Shown: positions 1-10,589 of the stretch, one piece after another | Layout: the number at the start of each line of letters is the position of its first letter | Numbering within the stretch: position 1 is the first letter of the stretch | Assembly (NCBI RefSeq): GCF_022045235.1 | Contig: NW_027266297.1 | Location: forward strand, 50,902,001-50,966,000 | Reading direction: 5' to 3' | Length of the DNA stretch: 64,000 bases | Source: Haliotis cracherodii | Taxonomy: Eukaryota | Program-made: the position numbers and the translations under genes | Notes under the pieces: generated by a model | Seen by the model: only the letters and a program-made list of their open reading frames with translations | Database searches by the model: none | Told to the model about the DNA's origin: nothing

Positions 1-219
1 CCATATGGCAAAGTTTAACTGATTCTGCCAAAATTGCATCGGATTGTGAAACCAATCGTGCACCATTTTATCGCTAGTTGCAGTGACCCTGTATTTTTCA
101 AAGATATCAGGGAATTCAACAAAAAAATCAGCACCTGAGGCACGTACTAAAATCGACTGATTAGTAATGTATCTTGATTTCATATTTATGTTATGATATA
201 GTATCATTGTATATTTAAT

Positions 220-897
220 ATGTATGTCACACTCCGGGGAATAACAAATGGTCAGTCTATTGAACTGCTTCATACTATCGATAACTCGGATGGACAACTT
301 GAAGTCGCTATCTGTGATGTTACGTATTACCCGAGGTGGACCAATATAAATGATGCAAGACGTAATAATATATTTTCACTATTAGGTAGTATTGAAAAAT
401 ACATTATTATACCTGATGGGTATTACAGCGTATGCTCTCTCAATGATGAAATTTTTAAGCCTTTCGGAGCTAGTCTCACACAAAATGAGTCGAATGGGAT
501 GTTGAAATTAGACACTGGAGAAAGTCAAGTAAGGCTTTACACGAACTTAGCAGTTACACTTGGATTTGCACTCGGAGATATAACAGTAATCAAAACATCA
601 GCACAGGGAGTTAAATTACCCGATTTCGTTCCCCATAAAGAGTTGTGCATCCCTCTTGATCAAATCAGTACGACGGATAATATTCAACTAGAAAGTCCTT
701 CAATTCTACTCAGATCTATTACAGTAAAAGATGAAAAATACAATAGCGATAGAACGGACTCTTTCCCAACATTACAATACAAAAAATTAAAGCGTGGTAT
801 TATTTCAGACCTCAAAATTTCTGTATTAGATGTAAAACACCAACCTGTACATATAGGATACTTGAGTGTAACACTCCATATTATAAATAATGGTTGA
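220..897 (+). CDS. Polinton/adintovirus-like minor capsid (penton-like) protein, 225 aa
   Basis: Intronless open ORF with a beta-rich pattern. 'IPDGYYSVCSLNDEI' and the C-terminal 'LQYKKLKRGIISDLKISVLDVKHQPV...VTLHI' resemble the Polinton/PLV minor capsid pattern as I recall it. The stop overlaps the next ATG at 890. Confidence 0.6.
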   Translation: MYVTLRGITNGQSIELLHTIDNSDGQLEVAICDVTYYPRWTNINDARRNNIFSLLGSIEKYIIIPDGYYSVCSLNDEIFKPFGASLTQNESNGMLKLDTGESQVRLYTNLAVTLGFALGDITVIKTSAQGVKLPDFVPHKELCIPLDQISTTDNIQLESPSILLRSITVKDEKYNSDRTDSFPTLQYKKLKRGIISDLKISVLDVKHQPVHIGYLSVTLHIINNG

Positions 898-1661
898 TTC
901 ATCAGGCCCTGGAACACTCAGACAATGTAATACAATTGCAATTCCGATCTCGGAGACACAGAAGGATTCGGTAGACCCGGTACCAATGGTAAGTTATACG
1001 CTTTACACTTACAAGATAATGTATACAAGCGGAAAGAAGTTACATTCACAGGTAATCTAGGCGATTTAAGCGATGTCGACGTTGTTAGTAGACTCCTTAA
1101 AAAAATCACTTCGTACAATCTTACAACGATGATAATAAATGGACTATGGTCGAAGCAAATATCGAGTGGCTACTGAATATCGTCATTACCCCACCGTATG
1201 TGATGATGGGTAAGGCACATAATTTAACTAAGATAATAAATAGTGGCATCGTACTCGCGGCTTATATCCCATCAAAACGAAAAAGTGTGTTAGTCTCTCC
1301 CCTGCCAGAAAACCCAGGTCATATGTTATATAGTCGTCCAGCAGTAAAATATGTTAGTTTAAATTTGGTTACTGAATTCAATGAAATTAAACAGAACTCG
1401 AGTGCAATACCTAATCTTTCTATGCTTATTATTGAAATATTACCAGGCCAATCGATTAAATGGCAAAAGAAACACGAGCGTCAACGTTGTAGTATTATTC
1501 ATATTGGAGCTTCACCCGTTGCAACCCTTGAGGGGGTACAAATTATTAAAAGTGACAGCATTTCTCTTACTAAGATATTCTTGCCATATAATACTCATTT
1601 AATAAGGTTCATGTATACTCTCAAAACATTTAAGCAAGATCAATTAAAGACTATTATATGA
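890..1661 (+). pseudogene. Frameshifted virus-like ORF, possibly fibre/spike-like
   Basis: ATG at 890 overlaps the ORF1 stop. Reading across the A-run near 1099-1105 gives 'LGDLSDVDVV...SYNDDNKWTMVEANIEW', which joins ORF 1146-1661. Its TGA overlaps the next ATG (ATGA, 1658-1661). Confidence 0.35.
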
Positions 1662-2297
1662 CCGTAATATTAAAACTGAGTTTATATCCGGCGCTCGATG
1701 AGGCATTTGAAAAGATGGATACTGTTGATGGATTTCGATTACATCAAATAAGCGACATAAAACATCGAATAGAGAAGGAAAGGGAGTTGAGACTTGGATT
1801 GTATAAAAAGTATCACAGAGCCGTGAATGCTCCGGACGGAGTTGACACCGCGCTTCTAACAGCTGGCATGGGACTCGGTGTAGCCGGTGTTGGTTTATTA
1901 TCAACTATAATTGCCGCACCTATCGTACTTGGCATGGAAATAGCAGCTGGAGTCTCAGGACTGGCAGGAATAATGATAAAATTCATTTCCTCGTAGGTTG
2001 CAAAAGAAAGCATTAAAACACGATAATATTTGGATACTCGCCGAAGCAAAGTTGAACAGCATTGAGGATCATATTTCAACAGCAATGGCTGATTGTAAGA
2101 TATCCAAGGAGGAGTTTCATTTAGTGCTGTCAGAACTCACCAAATACAACGCAATGAAGCAGGAGATTCGATCAACATCTCGTAAGACCAGTGGTATTAG
2201 CTAAGACGAGAAAAAAAAGTTCATAGAACAGGGGAGGCAACAAGCGCGTCAATTATTCCGTGCCAAAACCAAAGAACTGGTTGGAGATTTAAAATAG
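1658..2297 (+). pseudogene. Polinton/adintovirus-type hydrophobic-hairpin membrane protein, disrupted
   Basis: Contains 'FRLHQISDIKHRIEKE..R..LYKKY' and a Gly/Ala-rich hydrophobic hairpin. Removing one base near 1991 restores 'FISRRLQKKALKHDNI..LAEAKLNSIEDHISTA..D.KIS.EEF'. The frame continues past an in-frame TAA (2202-2204) to TAG at 2295-2297. Confidence 0.6.
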
Positions 2298-2352
2298 ATT
2301 GCTTACTATTGTTAGATCACATTTAGACAAATGCTTACATAAATATATAATA

Positions 2353-2694
2353 ATGGAGAATTACAAACCAACAAAGGAAGAACTCGAAAAAGCTATCGAA
2401 ACATTTATGCTCAGGGACAAAATTATCAAATGGAGAGAATTACCACAAGGTATATATTATATTTGTGATGTCAAACCAACTAAATACGGTTATCAATTGT
2501 TTCTTACCAATTTCCAAAAAAAGTATATAGTCTGGTCTCCTAGTAAAATGAATGAAGAACTTAATAAAAATGTTGAATATAGCTTTGTTCAAAATAATGG
2601 TATACGTATTAATAAAAATAATAAAGAATATTTTCATTACAATTTAGTCTCATCTGTACTAATGACATCATTGATTGACTCCAGGTGGTTGTGA
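2353..2694 (+). CDS. Small virus-like hypothetical protein (113 aa from ATG 2353)
   Basis: AT-rich intronless ORF on the same strand and directly downstream of the cassette ('IIKWRELPQGIYYI...TKYG...YIVWSPSKM'). Confidence 0.4.
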   Translation: MENYKPTKEELEKAIETFMLRDKIIKWRELPQGIYYICDVKPTKYGYQLFLTNFQKKYIVWSPSKMNEELNKNVEYSFVQNNGIRINKNNKEYFHYNLVSSVLMTSLIDSRWL

Positions 2695-3846
2695 GCTAGA
2701 GTCAATTTAACTTAATCTCATGAGTATTGTTGAACATCATAGTCATATACACATAAAAAATGCCACCTGTACTGGTGATATAGGTATATAAAATATGGTT
2801 CCAGTGGAAGTGAGCCAGAATCACCATTACCTATACTACTTGATGTTATTTTAATCGCAGATTAATTTCCACTGTGCGGCAATTGGTTTCATCTACACAA
2901 GGGTGTTGACTCTTTTGCCACCTAGTGGCAACCTATCGGTAACTGATCAGTGATGAGGTGATGATCGACCGGCACTTCATCGGCGACTGGTTGTCGATCG
3001 GTTGCAAAGTGGTTTCCAAGAGTGTATCGATCATTCACCGTTGGGTTTGCAACATGTCACCGTCTATAAAAAGACCTGTCTGTTCGTTAAATTTCCAAAA
3101 ATTAAATATAAGCAACCCCTAAAAGCCCCCTCTTGAGTTGCACACACCACTTTCAGCCTTTTCGCAATATACTAAATGGCCCGGCCAGGCCTGTGTGCGA
3201 AATACGCTACAGTCGGAAAGCGCATGTTAAATCTCCAATATCAGTCAGTCAGTCGTTACAGCATCATTTGGTCATAAGTATTCAGAGAGTTCACATCAGT
3301 TATTTCCATTCATCACTATGGTCAGTAAAGGTAGGAAAATTAAAGAACCAGAAATTGTAGAAGATACAATAGAGAAAACTGCTGTGGTGCACAGGTCTGC
3401 TACAATTGAGCCAGAACCAACAACATCTCAACAAAGGAAGAGTAGAGGGAGCCAGGTTTACTGGGTACTCTAATTGTGACTTGCCTTCCATCTATGGCTC
3501 GAATTTGTCACTCAATTGGCGCCACTCTTCAGGTGTTGAGGGTGTCTTCATTACTTCATCACCATACTCTTAGATGATGGTTACTCAAACTTCACGAACA
3601 AATACTGATATTGTGTTGTGTGCCACTCTGAATGAGACAAGGCCGATATCAGGGGACGTCCCAAGGTCAGGTTCAACGGAAAAGAAATTTGCAACAATTT
3701 CAATGACCAGGGTTGTGCCAGAAAAAACTGTCTGTTTGAGCATGTCTACTTAACATGCAAGGGGCCAAGCCACGGGAAAAAACAATTGTAGTGACAAGAG
3801 AAAGAAGGTTTGACTGGATACCACCCCTAATGAATCCGCCATACCC

Positions 3847-5280
3847 ATGGAAACAGTGAGCACATCATCTTTACTCACTCCTATTAACCACGCCCGGTTA
3901 CAACTCGAACTGGCTCTTCATCCGGATATCCAGTTCACCAACTATTTGATCAATAGTCTAAGATACGGTTTCAACCCTTTAATTCATCCACTACCCACAA
4001 CTTCCATAGAGTGCAACAACAATTACAGTGTTAGAAAAGCCCAGGATACAGTGTCACTTCTTGTCAAATCAGAAGTTACAAAGGATTATGTTGCAGGTCC
4101 ATTTTCGACAGTGCCATATGCTGTATACAGGGTGAGCCCCCTCGGGTTGGCCATTGGTAAATACAGCCAGAAGAAGAGACTGATTCCAGACCTATCAGCC
4201 CCCTACGACAAACCAGAAATACTAAGCATCAACGAACTCATCGACAAAGATCAGTGTTCTCGTTCTTATGTGACAATTGACCATGCTATCGCTATCATCT
4301 CTAATCAAGGGCGTGGCGCCAAACTGTGTAAACTTGACATTTCGGACACTTTCAAACAGGTCCCAATAACAAATGCATTTATACCTTTCTTTGGATTCAA
4401 GTGGCAACAGCAGTACTACTTTTACAAACGGCTGGCCTTCGGATGTCGGTCAAGCCCAAAATTGTTTGTCACTCTGTCAGAAGCTTTATGCTGGATACTG
4501 CATCATAACTATGGCATTCAACACATTCTCCATCTCCTGGATGATTTCCTTACTATAGACTGCCCTGAAGCCGATGCCCAACAAACCATGACCAACCTGC
4601 GTAAACTGTTCCAAGAGATGTGCATCCCAATAGCCGAGCACAAGACAATGGGACCTGCCACAACCTTGGAATACCTGGGCATTAATCTGGATACCAACAG
4701 CTAGCCTACCACAAGATAAGCTGGACAGGATATCAGCCTTACTTCACGAGTTCTCCCAGGCAAGAAATTATACAAAGAGAGAACTCTTATCTTTATTGGG
4801 ACACTTAAGCTATGCTTGTAAGGTCATCATTCCCGGCAGATCTTTCATTTCTCACCTGTTGGATATAGCCAAATCAGTGAAGAAACTGCATCACCAGATA
4901 CATTTGTCTACAGCGTACCTACTCACATTGAAGATTCTCTCGCCTTCCTCGAACTGTATCCCATCGTAATAGCATCCGTACTTTGGGGACATAGTTGGAC
5001 TCGGTTAAGAGTATTATTCCATTGTGACAACCAAGCCACTGTACACATCATTCGCAAAGGGAGATCTAAATGCCAAAAAGTCATGTCTCTTATGCATACC
5101 CTAACACGGACGGCAGCAAAAGGCAATTTCATAGTATTAGCTAAGCACATCCCTGGGGTGCACAATGCTTTAGCTGATGCTCTTTCTCGTTCACAGCTGG
5201 ACCTGTTCCGCTCCCTACCCCCCGCAGCCCAGATCAAACCCATACAGTGCCCTCCAGCCTCTCAAATCATGTGGAATTGA
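3847..5280 (+). pseudogene. Ngaro reverse transcriptase and RNase H (frameshift/stop at about 4704; part of RNase H apparently deleted near 4920)
   Basis: RT motifs 'RVSPLGLA', 'KLDISDTF', 'LAFGCRSSP', 'HLLDDFL', 'EYLGINLD'. RNase H motifs 'LELYPIV..W....VLFHCDNQA' and 'HIPGVHNALADALSR'. Confidence 0.9.
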
Positions 5281-6266
5281 CAAGGCACCTGGACACATTA
5301 TGGTCAGCAGCCCTTGCCTCGCGGACAAAGGATACCTATGCTACTGGTGTTCAGTGCTACATCAACTTCATGATTAGTGTGAATTTGCTCACCAGGACAT
5401 GTCCAGGACTCCCACCGCTACACGAAAGCTACGTTCAGTTTTTCCTCGCCCACTGCTTCGGCAAGCTCAAGCTATCCTATACTACCGTTAAAACTTACCT
5501 GGCGGGCATCAGATATACTTACCTAGAAGCAGGAATACCAACACTCTTCGACTCTACCAACTCGGGCGCCAACGCACGTATTCAAACTTTTCTGCGTGGA
5601 TACAAGAAACTACAAGCCCCACCAAAAAGCAAGAGACTACCCATCACTTACAATATTCTGTGTCAAATTATCACTCTGCTGAAGAACGGCGTTCTGGGTC
5701 CTTTTAATGACTTTATCATGATTACTATGTGTACCGTTGCCTTCTTCGGCTTCCTCAGGTGTGGCAAGTTCACCTGTTCAGACAGTTTTGATGCAGATGT
5801 CAATTTATGTGTCCAAGATGTCATCTGCGATTATAACAGAAACAGATGTATCCTCACATTGAAAACTTGAAAAACTGACCCTTTCCGACTAGGAGTGGCC
5901 ATTTCCCCGTTTGCCACAAACAAGCCAGCTTGTCCGGTTTGAAGCCTCTCACAACTGATCCTCATAAGACGCAAGTGCGGGGCTCAGGCCCACGATCCCC
6001 TCTTCGTGGACAGCCGTTTCCATGCTATTACAAGGACTACATTTCTAAGATGGCTCAACATTATCATGTGTCGGATAGGCTTGAGCTCCAAATCTTATTC
6101 AGGACATTCATTCAGGATTGGCGCAGCTACCACGGCTGCACAAGTGAGAATGGAGGACCATCTCATCAAAACCCTGGGAAGATGGAGTTCAGACTGCTTC
6201 AACAGGTACATTCGAACCCCGGAAGATACCTTGAGACAAGCACAGATCTCCTTGTGTAACGTATAA
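5247..6266 (+). pseudogene. Ngaro tyrosine recombinase (internal stop 5868-5870 and frameshift)
   Basis: 'AFFGFLRCGKF', 'LK.*KTDPFR.G' and 'YSGHSFRIGAATTAA...IKTLGRWSSDCFNRYIR' (R..HxxR..W..Y). The HSFRIG form is typical of Ngaro. Confidence 0.9.
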
Positions 6267-7099
6267 TGTTTAACCATCAGAGTGCAATCTGCATATTAAC
6301 TTACCCCATCTTATGTGACGTTCAGGCTCGTGACTCCTGTGCAGTGTGACTTGTGCTATTTATGATGCAATCTGTGACTCCGTGGTGCGCAACTCAATCA
6401 TATTGTATCTTGTACAATGTGACATAAACTGTACTCTTGTGTAATAGTGGTGCTGGAGGAACTACAGACTCAGATAGTAGCCATGCCGTGCACATGACTA
6501 CTGCCACATACTGTGCCGTGTCCAAATGTGCTTTCTGACTTTGACACTTGGTTTTAACTGTGATTCAACAGTGTTTACTTCAAGCATACTTAGGTGTAAC
6601 ATGCATCACTGCCACTAGAATGTCGGTAACTTTCACATTTTTACATTTTTCTCCTTACATCTTACATATATATCCCTACTATTCATTGGGGGCTCTCGGT
6701 TGCCAACCTCCTTTGGGCCTTCAGCTCATTCAGTGCTTTTAATCGCCAGTACGGAAGCACAAAATGAGCTGACTAGCCCCCAATTCATACGGCGGCAGGA
6801 CACTACCTACATGGGCTTCCCGATCTTACACCAGGAACCGTCCAAAGGGATGTCCGGGGTCCACGACCCCAGGGCACCTAATCCCACCATTAGGTCCTCG
6901 CCTTCCTAACCACGGGTCCACGACCTACAGGTTACTTCCCTTGCCTTCTAACCGCGGGTCCACGACCTAAAGGTGATCCTTCACATCTAACATACCCAGG
7001 GTTGGCGACCCTCCGGCAACCAAGTAGCCCCCTCAATTCTCCAAAGATGTTGTAAATAAACATATTTTGACCTACATCATGTTTTGTTGTTTCTGCACC

Positions 7100-7690
7100 A
7101 AGTACGAGTTATTGAAACGTGACAGGCTCCATTCTGAGGTAGCCCACGAAATCACCACTCTGCCATCAGATTCTCATAGACTCCTAGCTGTGGCATTCTC
7201 GCCATCCAAGGTCTCGGAAAATACCGCCTTCGCCTTGTCCTTCTCATTCTTCTGTACATCATCATGGCAGCAACTGCAGCATTTTGTTTTATTCTTTGCA
7301 CGCAGAGCAACTGCAACTGTTCTTCTGTTAACATCTTAACAACTTTCAAAGAAATTATTTGATTCAGAAATGCACCCTTTTTAAATGCATTTTGTTTAGA
7401 TTGGTGATCGATCGACAACTAGTCACCAACCAGTCCCCGTTCAGTTGCAACAAGTCACCGAAGATTCGCTGACTTGTCACTGATCAGTCTCAACCAGTTG
7501 CAAACATTTCGGCGTATCTGCGGTGAACATGTACAGTTGCTGATCAATCACTGATTGATCAACGATCATACCCTAACTCCAAATATGGACAGAAGTAGTT
7601 GCACCGGTCTCAGCGATTGCCAGTCGGTCGCAAAAGAAATCGGTCGCCAAGAGGTTGCATCGCGGTGGCATTGTCTGTGTGACTGTAGCT
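7100..7690 (-). mobile_element. PIF/Harbinger-like DNA transposon end with the N-terminal part of its transposase
   Basis: Minus strand reads 'RRRRYFPRPWMARMPQLGVYENLMAE' then 'DFVGYLRMEPVTFQ', a Harbinger transposase N-terminus. The terminus reads TAA|AGCTACAGTCACACAG on the minus strand (TTA at 7691-7693, a Harbinger-type target). Subterminal GTTGCA/GATCGA motifs recur at 2930-3060. Confidence 0.7.
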
Positions 7691-9250
7691 TTACAGATGG
7701 ATCTGCCATGACAAGCAGTTACAGTAGATTTTAACTTCCATCACCTGAGTGCCACACATTTAGTAGGCATATTGAACATTTATTGTTTATATTTCATGTT
7801 TGTTTATGCCACCAATGTGTGTGGATACTATTGGCATATTTCATATCATGATTAGTACTGTGATATTCTATTTATAATGTATTCATGTCCTAGTATAAGC
7901 TATATATTTGTGAACTGTATGTATGTATACTTTACATCTGGTACATATAAGTGCATTCATGCAGTTTAAGTGATATGTATCACAGAGATAATGATTTATG
8001 TGTATTCATCAAAACTAAGTTCTGAATATTATATATGGAGAACACCTTGATTAATGTGGTGAATGCATTTTAATCATTAAATCAATAACGGTGATATGTG
8101 CATGAGATTTACACCACCCTAACCTGCTACAGACCTGAGGCCCTAGGATACACGGCATGGGTTTCCATTACAGGGAACACTAACCAGGCAAACCCTCAAC
8201 AGCAGATGGGCCATTGCATATCAAACTGTACGTGTTGCACCAACGTTGATTTGGATTATTTGCACATGCCTATATGCAAGGAATCAGTGTATGGTTCTTG
8301 GTAGTCGATCACTTAGTATAAATGTTATATCATGATAACTATATATTACCTAAGTTTTCCTATAATAATTAGATCCACATCAAGTGCTTTTATGAGTTAT
8401 CATGGTGTAATATTTATACATCATTTCATAAAATTATACTTTAGCAAGTAATACTTATCATCAGGTAAAATGCATATATAAAATATCAGTAGTTTCAGTT
8501 GTAACTTTTTAGATAGAAGCTAGCCTAAGGTAATGGGAGTGCATCTCCTAGACATACTATTCAATAAGACAAGAGTTATGTCTACATAGTTTAATAGATT
8601 TGAAGCTTTTAGATAAATCCTAACCTAAGGTATCAAGACCCCATCTCCCAGACAAAAGATATGTCTACATAGTCTTATAGATTACCTTGAACTATTTTAT
8701 TTAAGTAAATCTGTCATCACCTATATTAGAATAACATTCAGCAATTACTTCAATCTAGACTCATTAAGGATTAGCCCCAATACAAGCTCGTCTGTAGTGA
8801 CACCATACCCGGTAATCTCTTTCAAAGCACCCAGTAAATATGTCAACAAGATTAGTGCCAGTCCAACAGGATTAACAGGATTAACAGGATTAAGTATTCC
8901 CCACTGTCTAGCCATTCATTAACCATAAGGCACAGCCCATCGTGTATCAACCAATCATATTCCTTTTTATTGTTCTAATTTTTGTTAAAGACATACAAAA
9001 GCCAAATGTTAAGCAGAAGGGGTTTGACGCTCATACCAGGCAGATCTCTCTCACAGTACCGACTCTCTGTGGCACCCTCAGCTATTTTCTAAGATATTGT
9101 AAATTGCTCATTGTTAATTGTTCTTGTAGGTCTAGGTTGAGGCTGTACATCAGCTGGCAGGGTGACTGAGTCGCTCCAGTAATTTTGGCAAAATTACTGG
9201 CAATAGGGTATTTTCGTGTCCCAAAATGTTTGCCATCATCTTTTTGAAGT

Positions 9251-10394
9251 ATGCCAGACGTTAGAATGAGCGACGAATTAAAAAGTAAACCAAAGAAAAA
9301 GAAGGCCTCCTCGGATAGCGATTGTCAACTACTGCACAAAATGGCGATGAACAGCCCGACACCCACAAGCGGAGACTCACCAACTGTTTTTTCTCAACAA
9401 CACTTGTCACAAGCTATCCCTCAAGGATACCTATCTACACGTACAAACCCGCAACTAGTTGGTATGTACCAGCCCTACACCCATCCTAATTTAATGACAA
9501 ATGTGCCTTATTCCTCGCTATACAGTGAATCTGACAAAATGGGAGGCCCTTTGTGGGTGAAAGAACTTTTCAAAGAAATAGCTGATGTGAAAACACAAGT
9601 CTCCAAAATTGATGAAGTAAACAGTGAACTCTCTAAGATTAAAGTGCATTTGTGTACTCTTGACCACAAAGTGCAATTAATTGAGACCATGAAAACTTCA
9701 GTGTCAGACTTGGAGAAAAGTGTCAACTTTATGAATTTGCAGTTTGAAGATTGGCGGAAAGAGAAAGCGGAACTAGAAGTAAAAATAAAAGATGTACAGG
9801 ACAACTTACAGTCTAAGAATTTCGAATTATTGCAGTTTCATCAGTTGCAATTGAAAGAAGAAGTGATTAATCTACAGGTGCGTTCAATGGCCACAAATTT
9901 ACTGTTCATGAACATCCCTGAAACAAGCTCCCCTACAGAAGATACAACTACTGTCTTGACTGACTTCATTAAACAAAAAATTGATATATCTGATGCTCAT
10001 ATAGAGAAAGTTCACCGTCTGGGGGGATTCAAAGGAGGTAATCCCAAGCCAAAGACCAATCATTGCCCGATTTCGGTCAGTCAAAGATAGTGACAAGGTG
10101 AGATACGCTGCATATGGAAAGTTGAAAGGTTCTCCATACACAGTTGCAGAGCAGTTCCCTGATGCCGTGAGAGAGTACCGGAAGTTGGTTCTGTACCCTT
10201 TGATGAGACAAGCCAGAACAGATAACAAGAAATGCCGTATTGTTGTGGACAGAATCTACATTGATGGCAAACAGTTCTTCCCGGATACCTCTCCCCCATA
10301 TCGACCACCCCTACCCAGGAAAGAGTTCACCATGGCCACCCGTTCTCCACTCAGTGTACACCCTTCAATGGATACCTCGAACCCGAGAACATAG
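9251..10394 (+). pseudogene. LINE ORF1 (coiled coil plus RRM-like domain), frameshifted near 10050
   Basis: Long coiled coil, then 'RSMATNLLFMNIPE', 'IEKVHRLG', (frameshift) 'PRPIIARF', 'VAEQFPDAVREYRK', 'RIVVDRIYIDG'. Confidence 0.82.
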
Positions 10395-10589
10395 GACACT
10401 CACAGCGGACACTACCCACAGCCTACTGTCAATGCTGAACAATCAGAAAACCAATCTAATAGAAATAATAACTTGCCCCTAGTTTACCATAATACAAGTG
10501 TTGATACAATCTCTGATACCAGTAGCTTGTATGGAAATGGATGAATATACAGTGAAGTAAGTGTACAAAGTAACCCCAATAACAAACAA

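Larger units (their letters stand above)
3085..7070 (+). mobile_element. Ngaro-type (DIRS order) tyrosine-recombinase retrotransposon, decayed; ends approximate
   Basis: Gag-like Cys/His motif 'EICNNFNDQGCARKNCLFEHVYLTCKGPSH' (3684-3773), followed by RT, RNase H and an overlapping tyrosine recombinase. GC-rich structured 3' end. Confidence 0.88.
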
